Assembly: GCF_001194135.2 (NCBI RefSeq)
Contig: NC_068989.1
Location: forward strand, 88,325,639 to 88,389,638
Direction of reading: 5' to 3'
DNA from: Octopus bimaculoides
Taxonomy: Eukaryota
DNA: 64,000 bases
Below the pieces are notes generated by a model. The model was not told where the DNA came from, did no database searches, and saw only the letters and a program-made list of their open reading frames with translations. The translations under genes and the position numbers were made by a program. How positions within the stretch are numbered: the stretch's first letter is position 1; every line of letters begins with the position of its first letter. Below are positions 12,700 through 23,895 of this stretch, piece after piece.

Positions 12700-13660
12700 C
12701 TTTTTTTGCACAAAATCATGTCAGGTGATGTACTACAACCTAACCATGGCACCTTTCCTAACATCTGAACAGATTGGAATATTTGCTCTTTCACTGGTCA
12801 GAAGCTCCATCTGCGGCAAATGCCCAGCCTAAGAAGTCCTTAAGGTGCTATGACTGACGATGTGCAGGCAAGTACCAAGGCAGACAAATGCTGCAAATAT
12901 TCCTGGACACTGATCTTAATGTACAAGTGTTGTCGTTGTCTTTCTAACAAATCTCTCTGCAATGTGTCTGCTTGATTGAACTGCAGTTCAATGTCAGGCA
13001 CAGACCATCTGGAAAGTTATCAGGCAATGTTCCTGCACTCCACTCACTGGACAATAAGACTGGTGGAATGCAGATCTTTGCATTCTACACAGGGGTGAGT
13101 GAAGAATATGAAAGATGATGACCTGGGAACAATGCCAGGAACCAATAAAGGCAACCTGAATTGTGTCTTTTAGAGGAGCTGTCCCCAACATTTGTTGCAC
13201 CAGTGACCAGTTTCATGCAAGACAATTTTCCCAGTGAAGTACCCACATAACAAAAACAGAATAAAGTGCATAATACACAATTTAATTATTACATATATAA
13301 TATGTATATATTACATACATAATACTATATATTGCAAAACACCCTGCAGACTGTCATAATCAATAAAATAGAAATGGAATTTTAAAATTTATTCTTTCTG
13401 TGTGACCCAATAGCAAATGATCCACAGTTAGGCATTGGTGTGTGGCCCTATGAGTAGGGAACTGGTGTGGCTATGCTATAATGATTGAGGCTGGAGGGGT
13501 TTTACCTCTTCAAGATAAACTCTGTGGCTATGCTGCAGCTGCCAGCAACAGAAGCTGGCTAAGATTCATACAGTGTGATTAAACCATCTGGCATGCACCA
13601 GTTCAGAGGCCATGCATTGACAAATGGTGGACTTATGTCAGACAGCTGTTATTTGGGGAG
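12700..13660 (+). pseudogene. Highly decayed Tc1/mariner transposase remnant
   Basis: Scattered motifs in the expected order: DWWNADL (about 13068), FMQDNFP (13212, like FQQDNAP) and ALTNGG (about 13614, like AVIAANGG). Many stops and shifts; no TIRs found. Confidence 0.4.
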
Positions 13661-13829
13661 GTTGGATGATGTAGTGCTCAGTCACATAGATTCTGAGATT
13701 AACCAACTATTTTCTTTCAGAAAGGAAGAGCAGGTAGTTTTCTTTCTCTGCTGATAGCTATGGCAAACGATGGTGTATGTAGTTGAAAGGCTTGCGAATT
13801 TTACACTAAAGCCAAACTTTCATCAACTT

Positions 13830-14228
13830 CATCATCATCATCATCATCGTTTAACGTCCGCTTTCCATGCTAGCATGGGTTGGACAATTTGACTGGGGAC
13901 TGGCGAACCAGATGGCTACACCAGGCTCCAATCTGATCTGGCAGAGTTTCTACAGTTGGATGCCCTTCCTCACGCCAACCACTCCGAGAGTGTAGTGGGT
14001 GCTTTTACGTGCCACCGGCACGAGAGCCAGCCAGGCGGTACTGGCAACGGCCATGCTCAAAATGGTGTTTTTTACGTGCCACCTGCACAGGAGCCAGTCC
14101 AGCGGCACTGGCAACAACCTCGCTCGAATGTTTTTTCACGTGCCAGTGAGGCGACGCTGGTGACGATCACGTTCGAATGGTGCTATTTACGTGCCACTGG
14201 CACGGAAGCCAGACAGCTGCTCTGGCAA
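13830..14228 (-). mobile_element. SINE-E, young copy
   Basis: (cat)n-cgtttaacgtccgctttccatgctagcatgg...ttttacgtgccacc sub-repeats. Other minus copies at about 15750-16100, 22430-22700, 47160-47340, 59645-59960, 61085-61260 and 61905-62120; plus copy at 24200-24410. Confidence 0.82.
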
Positions 14229-14675
14229 CAAATTTGGTTCAATCAAGATTTAGTAGTAATTGACAGGAAAAGCTGGTGTCTGGGACATAAATTCACATGG
14301 ATTTTTTAAGGAAAGTATTAATTTCGATCTGTGTATCGTTGAATCAGGGATGGTCTCAGTGACAGGTCAAAAAGGCTAAGTAGCTTCCAAATTCTAGAAT
14401 AAAGTGCCATTTACATAGTTTGGAACTACTGATAATTACCATATATACATAGAATACCTCACCACAAGACAACCTAAATTAAATGCAACAGTTTTGCAAC
14501 CCTTGCCAATTTACTAATGAACAGCATAACAGCTCCCCAAATAATCAACGACAAAATTCTTTGCAGAGATTTTGAACATAAATTGGTAGGAAGAAACACA
14601 TCAAAAATCAAAGAAGGATTGGAATTTGAGACTTATAAAGAAAAAGTAAAATATAAAACGTTTGCATCTACTCAC

Positions 14676-14752
14676 CCTGCTCCCCAAGAAGCGAGCTTCT
14701 AGTAATTCTTGCTTCCGAGGATCCAGGCTTTGTAAATTATCCATAGAGAAGG
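14676..14752 (-). CDS. TLK: Tousled-like kinase, conserved N-terminal coding exon (77 bp; phase 1 in, phase 0 out; ATG at 14744)
   Basis: Minus strand reads ttttcag|CC TTC TCT ATG GAT AAT TTA CAA AGC CTG GAT CCT CGG AAG CAA GAA TTA CTA GAA GCT CGC TTC TTG GGG AGC AGG|gtgagt, i.e. MDNLQSLDPRKQELLEARFLGSR. This matches the recalled TLK1/TLK2 motif M(D/E)ELHSLDPRRQELLEARF. Canonical AG and GT sites. Downstream TLK exons were not confidently found in 1-14675. Confidence 0.93.
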
Positions 14753-14803
14753 CTGAAAACAACAACAACAACAACAATAAATAATAATAACAATAACAAC
14801 AGC

Positions 14804-14848
<45 letters not shown>

Positions 14849-14849
14849 T

Positions 14850-15175
14850 CTTTCTACTATAGTCACAAGGCATGAAATTTTGGAAAAGTACTCATTTTAT
14901 CAAATCCAAAAGGATGAAAAGTAAAGTTGACCTTGAAGGAAATAACAATAATAACAATAATTTTTTTTACTAAAAGAACAAGGCATGAAATTTTGGTGGC
15001 AGGGGACTAGTCAATTACATCAACCCCAGTTTTTCACTGATACATAATTTATCAACACCAAAAGGATAAAGGTAAAGTCGACCTTGGCGGAATTTGAACC
15101 CAGAATGTAGAGATGGACGAAATGCCATTAAGCATTTTGCCTGGTGTGTTCATGATTCTGCCAGCTCACTGCCTT
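14850..15175 (-). mobile_element. Two SINE-B copies whose (TTA/TTG)n tail abuts the TLK acceptor
   Basis: SINE-B consensus on the minus strand; tail 14757-14850 runs into ttttcag at 14753. Confidence 0.75.
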
Positions 15176-16974
15176 AATAATAATAATAATAATAATAATA
15201 ATATATATAAATATATATAACATACAGAAAATTGCACTACTGGGTACTGCACACATTCTACGCAAAACACTTTCAATACAGTAAACATAAGAGCACCACA
15301 GCANNNNNNNNNNNNNNNNNNNNNNNNNNNNNNNNNNNNNNNNNNNNNNNNNNNNNNNNNNNNNNNNNNNNNNNNNNNNNNNNNNNNNNNNNNNNNNNNN
15401 NNNNNNNNNNNNNNNNNNNNNNNNNNNNNNNNNNNNNNNNNNNNNNNNNNNNNNNNNNNNNNNNNNNNNNNNNNNNNNNNNNNNNNNNNNNNNNNNNNNN
15501 NNNNNNNNNNNNNNNNNNNNNNNNNNNNNNNNNNNNNNNNNNNNNNNNNNNNNNNNNNNNNNNNNNNNNNNNNNNNNNNNNNNNNNNNNNNNNNNNNNNN
15601 NNNNNNNNNNNNNNNNNNNNNNNNNNNNNNNNNNNNNNNNNNNNNNNNNNNNNNNNNNNNNNNNNNNNNNNNNNNNNNNNNNNNNNNNNNNNNNNNNNNN
15701 NNNNNNNNNNNNNNNNNNNNNNNNNNNNNNNNNNNNNNNNNNNNNNNNNGTTCCAAGAGTGTAATGGGTGCTTTTACGTGCCACTGGCATGGGTGCCATT
15801 TGTGTGACACCGGTATCTGCCACAACTGCGATTTTGCTCAGCATGATAGGTCTTCTCAAGCATGACGATAATGCCAAAGGTCTCGGTCATTGCCTCTGTG
15901 AGGCCCAACGCTCAAAAGGAGCTCAGCCACTTTGCCTCCATGAGGCCCAATGCTCGAAAGGTGCTTTTTATGTGCCACTGGCACAGGTGCCAGTTATGTG
16001 ACACCAGCATCAGCCATGACTGCTATTTCACTTGGCTTAATGGGTCTTCTCAAGCACAGCATATCGTCAAAGGTCTCAGTCACTAGTCATTATCTCTGTG
16101 AGGTCAAAAGTTCAAAGATCATGCTTCACCACTTTGTTCCATGTCTTCCTGGGTCTACCTCTACCACAGGTTCCCTCCATCGTTAGAATTTGGCACGTCT
16201 TTACACAGCTATCTTCGTCCATACGCTTCACATGACCATACCAATACAGTTGTCTCTCTTGCACACCACATCTGGTGCCTCTTATGGCTAACTTTTCTTA
16301 AAACATGCTTACACTCTTGAAATAACACTTATTTGTTTTGAATTACACATGCATTATCTTGTAGCTGTGAGATATTGATGAAGTAACTATTAATTTTTTA
16401 GAATGACATTGTAGAGTAGGTGTGAGAAGCTGAATCTGGCCAGTTTGAGCATAAAACAGGTTGAAAATATTTTGGCTGGATATGGTCTGTTTAAGTGCTA
16501 AAGGGTTAAATTAACTCCAGTATTTGACTGGTACTTTATTTTATCAAACTACATGAAAGCAAAGGTAACATTTAATACGAAAAAAAGAAAAATGAAAATA
16601 TTTTATTAAATTCTTTTAATTAAGGAAATTCTTAGTCTTTAATCATAAAAGTTCAATAAATAAACATCTTAATTGTAAGATTGAAACCTTATAATGTTGT
16701 TTGGTTGCACAAAGACTGGGGGGGGGGGAAATGCTGAATAAATAAACAAAAACTTCAACAAAGTAGAAGTACTCATCCAGTAGACATTTAAAAAAAAACA
16801 GTATTAGGATACAAAGGCACATATCTGGCTGTGTGACAAGAAGCTTGCTTTCCAATCATAGACTTCCAAGTTCAGTCCCCAGAGTGGTACCTTGGCCAAG
16901 TGTCTTCTACTATAGCCCTGGCCAACCAAAGCCTTGTGAGTGGACTTCTTAGATAAAATCTGAAAGAAGTCTAT

Positions 16975-17021
<47 letters not shown>

Positions 17022-17033
17022 CATACACACACA

Positions 17034-17133
17034 AGAAAACGAGATAATGAAGGAATAATTAATTATCTTATGACCTTCATTAGCTAATGAAGTTCGAAAG
17101 ATAATTGCTTATTCCATCATTATCTCGTTTTCT
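17034..17133. repeat. 100-bp near-perfect fold-back
   Basis: 36-bp arms with 3 mismatches plus a central perfect palindrome cttcattagctaatgaag. Confidence 0.9.
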
Positions 17134-17343
17134 CATTACTGCTCTTTACTCAATAAACGCTTCATTCTGAAGTATATGTACATCGAGTATTGAGTTCTAC
17201 ACCAAGTTATAAATACCACAATGCCTACAAAAAACGTGTGCAATTCAGGATTGATAAAATAAGAAGCAGTCAAGTGCTGGGGCCAATGCAATCAACTGCT
17301 CCCTCTCCCCACAAAATTTCAGGTCTTATATGTTACAAAAGAT

Positions 17344-17702
17344 TATTACCTCCACCTTAGCGAAGGCAGAGGTATTGTCTCCAGTTGTGTTTGTCTGTCC
17401 ATGGACAAGATGTCTCAAGAACTGCTGAATGGATTCAAATGAAACTTTCAGGGATGGTTAGCCTCGTGACTGGCACAAGCTGATTAGATTTTGGCATCGA
17501 TCTGGTACCAGACAAGGATTCTGGATTATTTTTCCTGTTTATTTAATTTTTGAGAGCGGTCTGGTTCATTTTTAGTATTCTTGTTTGTGAGAGCAGTCGA
17601 GTTTATTTCAGATATTCTCATATCAAAAATCATCTCTGGCCAATCATTGAGAGGACGTTGGTGTTGCCTTGGCAGAGGTTTGCGCTCTCTGAGTGCTCTT
17701 GT
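17344..17702 (+). mobile_element. Helentron-associated interspersed element (HINE, DINE-1-like)
   Basis: 5' ttattacctccaccttagcgaaggcagaggt (hairpin/subTIR), gtgtttgtctgtcc microsatellite, 3' gccttggcagaggt (inverted subTIR) plus gcgctctctgagtgc hairpin; T-rich flanks. Confidence 0.72.
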
Positions 17703-17984
17703 TATTCTTATTATCATATTAGAAACCATCATCATATTTATCATCATCAACAGCAGCATCATTATCATCATCAAAATCTTTATTTATGATGGAGGATTGG
17801 TAGAATCATTAGTATTTAGTTTTTCTTTTTACATTCCAGATTCCAATCCCACCAAGATCAATTTTGCATTTTTCTCTAAGGTCAATAAAGTATCAGTCAA
17901 GTACAGGGGTCAGTGTTATTAACATGACCCTTCCTTCAAAATTTCTTACTTCATGCGTAAATAGGAAACCAATATTGTTATTAA

Positions 17985-18420
17985 ACCGAAGGCGGTGAGC
18001 TGGCAGAATCATTAGCACGCCGGGCAAAATGCTTAGCGGTGTTTCATCTGTCTTCACAGTCTAAGTTCAAATTCCACCAAGGTCGACTTTACCTTTCATC
18101 CTTTCAGGGTTGATAAAATAAGTACCAGTAAAACACTGGGTTCGATGTCATCAACTTAGCCCTCCCCAAACATTTCAGGCCTTGTGACTATTGTAGAAAG
18201 GATTATTAACCTGGCAGAAATGTTACTGCACTGGAGGAGAAAATGCTGAGCAGAATTTCTTTTGGCACTTTACGTTCTGAGTTCAAATTCCACCAAGGTC
18301 AACTGTGCCTTTCACTCTTTCAGCTTTGATAAAATAAGTACCAGTTGAATACTGGGGGTCAATGAAATTGACTTACTCCCTCCCCTGAAATTGCTGGCCT
18401 TGTACCAACATTAGAAACCA
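17985..18420 (+). mobile_element. Two tandem SINE-B copies
   Basis: aaggcggtgagctggcagaatc...gttcaaattcc...aagtaccag, twice. A minus-strand pair lies at 29180-29510 and a single copy at 42630-42845. Confidence 0.75.
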
Positions 18421-18836
18421 ATATGTATTGTTTTAGTTGTTATAAATTGATAATAAAGTAATCATGTTGAACAAATTGATCACAGTGCTTATTTTTATAT
18501 TGTCAACCTCTTTTGTCAAGTTGCTAAGTTACAGAGGACATAAATAAACCAACAACAATCAAGTCAAGTGGTAGGAGGAGAGACAAACACAGATACAATG
18601 ACAGTCACACACACAAAAGTATACTCACACACGCACACAGAGGGCTTCTCCACTGTTTCCATTGACCAAATTCTCACAAGGCATTGGTCAGTCTGGAGCT
18701 ATAGTAGAAAACACTTGCCCGAGGTGCTATGCAGCAAGACTAAACCATTTTCTTGTCTCTTTTTTTTTCTTTTTTTTTTTTTTGAGGTATACATCTGTTC
18801 AATGAAGACTGAACTGGAGCTTAACATACACAACAG

Positions 18837-18872
<36 letters not shown>

Positions 18873-19413
18873 ACACACACACAGAGTCAAACATGATTCC
18901 TAAATTCAAATGTACCTTGTTAAGCATTTTTCAAGAAACTGGAGCCTTAAAGAAATAATTACTGAATTGAGACCCAAGATGGCAGAGTTCAAACTAATCA
19001 ATGCGGATCTCTGATGCTATAGACTAGCTTTTATAGAACAAAGAAGCAAGGGAGAAAATGGAAGGAGAAACAAGACCGACACAACACACAGCAATGAAGA
19101 CAAAATTACGTCAGTGTGTTGCATTTACCAACGACATGTTAATCAACAATTTATATGCAGTTATTGATAGACTCCCGCAATTAATTAGTCTGTTCCTATC
19201 ATTAATTTTTATCATGTGTCCACACCACTATGATCTATCTCTCTCTCGAGCCACCATCACACCTCTCTACAGCTCTGATTAATCTCTGGTTTAGCTTCCC
19301 TCAACTATCATCACATATCCAGACTACCATGGCTTATCTCAACTCTAGTTAATGTACACTACCAACACATGTTCATGACACCATGACCTAGCTCTGTTCT
19401 AGAGACCATATAT

Positions 19414-19940
19414 CACCATTCTGATTTGTGCATCCCCCCCACTTAACATATCCAAACCACCACCACCACACACCCAGTGACCAACCTTTATTCTAACCAC
19501 CCTATACTACAATCACACATCCATACTGCTATTGTATACTTATATCACCACCATCAGTGACCTCCACTCTAGCTGTCATGTACAAGCGTCAAACAACACT
19601 ACAGCAATCAGCCACTGCCACCACCACCACCACCACCACCACCACCACTACCATCATCATATTGATTGATTTTCAAGTCCCTCTTTTCTCCACCATTCTG
19701 ATTTGTGCATGTCTCCCTCAACATATCCAGACCACCACCACACATAACCTATGACCAGCCTTTATTCTAATCACCCTATACTACAATCACACATCCATAC
19801 TGCTAGTGTATACTCGTATCACCACCATCAGTGACCTCCACTCTAGCTGTCATGTGCAAGCATCTAACAACACTACTGCAATCAACCACTGCCACCACCA
19901 CTGCCATCATCATATTCATTGATCTTCAAGTCCATCTTTT
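19414..19940. repeat. Tandem duplication of a 277/250-bp unique segment
   Basis: Both units start caccattctgatttgtgcat (19414 and 19691) and end tcaagtcc(c/a)tctttt; they differ mainly in (CCA)n length. Confidence 0.9.
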
Positions 19941-20330
19941 ATTTGTTTCAGTCGTTAGACCATAGCCATGCTGGAGCACTGCATGGAAGAATTTTTATTT
20001 TGGTTGAAAGACTCGACCCCAGTACTTACTTTTTCTTTTAAGCCTGGTACTTGTTCTGTTGGTTTCTTTTGCTGAACCACTAAGTTACAAGACCATAACA
20101 CACCAATACCAGTTGTCAAGTGGTAAAGAGAGTAGGACAAACACACACACACACACAAACTCATGACAGGCTTCCTTTAATTTCTGTCTATCAGATCCAC
20201 TCACAAGGCTTTGGTTGGCCTGAAGCTATAGTAGAAGACACTTGCCCAAGGTGTCACACAGTGGGATTGAGCCCAGAACTATATGGCTGGAAAACAAACT
20301 TCTTACCACAAAGCCATGCCTGCGCCTATC
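19938..20330 (-). mobile_element. SINE-A full length
   Basis: Reverse complement of the SINE-A consensus. Further minus copies at about 5040-5330, 18480-18745, 22225-22420, 24405-24675, 34060-34485, 34620-35010, 35820-35990, 46180-46575, 51530-51905 and 55520-55690. Confidence 0.8.
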
Positions 20331-21499
20331 TAAAATAGTTCAACCCCCCACCATTCATTAGCCTATAATACTATCTAGTATCAGTACTTTTCTGATGAAG
20401 CACATGGCCTAACAGGTAGGGTGTTGTATTTATGATTTTAAGATCATGGCTTGAATCCCCAAACTGGGTGCTGCATCATGTTCTTGAACAAGACACTTCA
20501 TTTACCTTTCTCCAGTCCACTCAACTGTAAATGAGTAACCCTGTGACAGACTAGGCCTCCCGTTCTGGGGAAATTCCTGTGATCTCAGTTACTTGTATGC
20601 CATGGAAACCAGGTAACCAGCTCTATGAGGGGTTGATGACAATGACAGTGACACATTTTTTCTCCCCCCACCAACTTATCAAACAGCACTTAAAGCCCTG
20701 TAAGTGCACACTTACAAACGAGAAACAAATGAAAACAGCAAATGATCGCAAAGAGCATGAGCAAAAGGATGATGATTTGGACAGACAGAGTTTGGCGCCA
20801 ACGTGCGCATCAACATTTCCAACCAAAGTTCCACAGTCACATGACCCGTGATAAGCAGCAAATCTCCCTCAAACTACACCAAACTATTTGAGAACGAAAA
20901 GGTCACACCAGATAATGGAGTAGAGTAGGGGAGTATATACAGTTGCAGGAGACAAGGATTATGAATTGAATGTTCTTTGATCGTGAGCCTACTTGATCAG
21001 GGATGACATGGGGTTCATCAACAACAACAACAACAACTACTACTACTACTACTACAATAAATGTAGTCTGTACACCATATTATAATACTTCAATAAGATC
21101 TCATCTTGCTCACGCCAGCTGTCTTGCATCTACTGCAGCACATTTTGATAATGTAATCCTAGATATACTATCCCAAAAACAAAAACAAAAAGCATAAGAT
21201 AGTCATAACTAGAATATCTCTGATCTGATTGGATCAGAGCTGACTGCAGCAGAATGTTTAACTGGTTCAACATCTTAACCGACATTCTCCTCCAACACTG
21301 AAATTTAGCTGAAACACTACTATTTAAGAAGTTCATAATTATTAACAAGGAAACATAACAAAGAGACCACTCCACTTGAGTTACTGTATGTCTCCTCTGA
21401 ATCTAGACTGTATCAATCCAGCTGCTCAATCTATTATGAAGAAGAAAGAAAATCAATCCATGAACAGTTGATATAGAAATGGTAAGTTTAAAGCATCAA

Positions 21500-22120
21500 A
21501 TCATAGTTGATACTTGTCATTAACTCAGTACCAGTTCAAGGTACTGTTTCATAGCATGAATTCATAATACCAGTTCATAGTGTCAAATATGACAATAGCT
21601 AAGCATCAGTTCATAATGACAGCATATAATGTCGAAGCAGTCATTTAGCTAGGGAACACTTCATAGTGTCAAAAATGTCATTAAACTAGGCAACATTTCA
21701 TAGTGCCACATGTGCTAGGCACCAGTTCATTGTTTTCAAATGCATCATTAACTTTACACTTATTTATAAAGCTAGTTCATAATGTCAAACATACTGGTAA
21801 CTAGACAACATTTTATAGCATCAAACATGACATTAGCCAGTTCACAGCGTGAGTACACAGTGTCAAACCTGTTATTAAGATAGATAACACTTCACAGTGT
21901 CAAAGATGTCAGCTGGGTGCATCAAACATGTCATTAGCTAGATCCCAGTTCATAATGTCAATACACAGTGTCAAACCTGTCATTACGTTAGGCAACAGTT
22001 CATAGCACCTGTTCATAACTCCAGTCCACACTGTCAAGCATAACATTTACTAAACAGCAATGCCTTGAGTATTTATTCATAATGCCAGTTCAGTGAAACA
22101 CATCATTAACTAGACTTTAG
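21500..22120. repeat. Degenerate minisatellite, about 35-bp unit
   Basis: Recurrent ctaggcaacagttcatagtgtcaaacatgtcattag-like units. Confidence 0.7.
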
Positions 22121-22750
22121 TTACAATAGTGCTTCTCAAACCTTCCCAAATCCAAACTTTTTTTCTTTTATTAACATATTTTCAATGTCTCCTTCCTACA
22201 ATACAAGGCCCCACCATATTTAATGATGAACATGGCACAGGTGTATAGTAATAAGTTTTCTCCCCAACCACATGATTTCAGTTTCAATCCCACAGAGTGA
22301 CACCTTGGGCAAGGGTCTTCTACTGTGGGCCCCAAATCAATCAAAGCTTTGTGAATGGATTTGGTAGGCAGAAACTGAATGAAGCACATTGCATATGTGT
22401 GCATACATACATAGATACATACATCATCATCATCATCATGTAACGTCTGCTTTCCATGCATGGGTTAGCTGGTTTGACTGGAACTGGTAAGCCGGAGAGC
22501 TACACCAGGTTCCAGTCTGATTTGGCATAGGTTCTATGGCTGGATGCACTTCCTAACGCCAACCACTCCAAGAGTGTAATGGGGGCTTTTTACATTCCAC
22601 TGGCACAGGTATCATTTACGTGACACCAGTAACAGCCACGACTACAATTTCATGAGCGCCATTTACATGACACTGGCAATGACCACGACTATGGTTTCAC
22701 AAGGCAGACACACATCACATAACATGAATGTATGGATAGATAAATGGATG

Positions 22751-22795
<45 letters not shown>

Positions 22796-23161
22796 CTCGA
22801 CATCAAGTGATACTTGTAAAGAAGTGCTACCATCATGCAAATGACATTCTTCATTTCCAATCTTCTGTGAAAACATCTGATCATGGGAAAATATTACCTT
22901 GTATGGAAACAGGTGAGGGTTAGTGACAGGAAGGGCATCCATCCATCCAAAGAAAATCTGCCTGAATAAATTCTACCTTACCTATGTAAGGGTGGAAAAG
23001 TGGGTTTTGAAATGATTATGATGACAATGTTAATATGAGGCCAGAGTAATTTAATTCTGGGTACTAGTTTGATATAGGTGACTTTTTACCATATCTCATG
23101 CTATTAAGCATAAATTTTTGATATGATAGCATTTGACCATAGTTATTGACCTAGCCTTTAG

Positions 23162-23895
23162 CATATTGGTTCTCAACTGTTTTTTTCCAATCGACCCCTT
23201 TTACTACAACTTTATGCTGGTGGACCTCCATAACCATTCAATGTTTAACCCTTTTGTTACTGTATATATTTTGAGATGCTCTGTGTTTCTTTCAATTGAT
23301 TTTAAATATAACAAAGAATTTAATAAAATAACTTAGTTATCATTAAGCTAGTGTTAGGAACATAAATCGTGACTAAGGTTTGGTGGGAGATTTTAATTCA
23401 AAACTTATGAAAACAAGACATTTGTACTCAGAGCCAGAGGGGACTTCAGCCAGGTTGGTATAAAAAGGGCTAAATTAATCATTTGTTAACCCTTTTGATA
23501 CCATATTTCTGTTGAGATGTTCTGTGTTTCTTTCAATTACTTTAAATATAACAAAGAATTTAGTGAAATCACTTAGTTTTCATTAAACTAGTGTTAGGAA
23601 CATAAATTGTGACTAAGGTTTGGTGGAAGATTTTAATTCAAAACTTATGAAAACAAGACATTTGTACTACAAAGCCAGAGGTGGTTTCAGCTGGGTTGGT
23701 ATCAAAAGGGTTAAAAATTAGTTTTATAGATACTTCTTTCAAAATTTATAATTTGATTTTCACACATTAACTTGTGTCGGCTGAACAATTCAAAATACAA
23801 CAGAAAGAAATCTTGCTGTTATTTGCAATAAACCCATCTAAAGCAAATTTTTTCATGGACCCTTAATAAACTACTGTGGGTCTCCAATTTACTAC
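23162..23895 (+). mobile_element. Same hAT-type MITE family (right end truncated) hosting the inverted dimer
   Basis: Left arm ggttctcaac...gacccc...tggacctccata and right arm aaattagttttataga...cacacattaacttgtgt match 32393-33179. Confidence 0.75.
23245..23714 (-). mobile_element. piggyBac-type MITE dimer (2 x about 229 bp plus 12-bp spacer)
   Basis: TTAACCCTTT...AAAGGG(C/T)TAA units with spacer attaatcatttg; reverse complement of 32473-32940. Confidence 0.85.

Noticed and set aside
14517-14702. Plus-strand ORF MNSITAPQ... overlapping the TLK exon
   Set aside because: Short, AT-rich, no recognisable similarity; the real signal is on the opposite strand.
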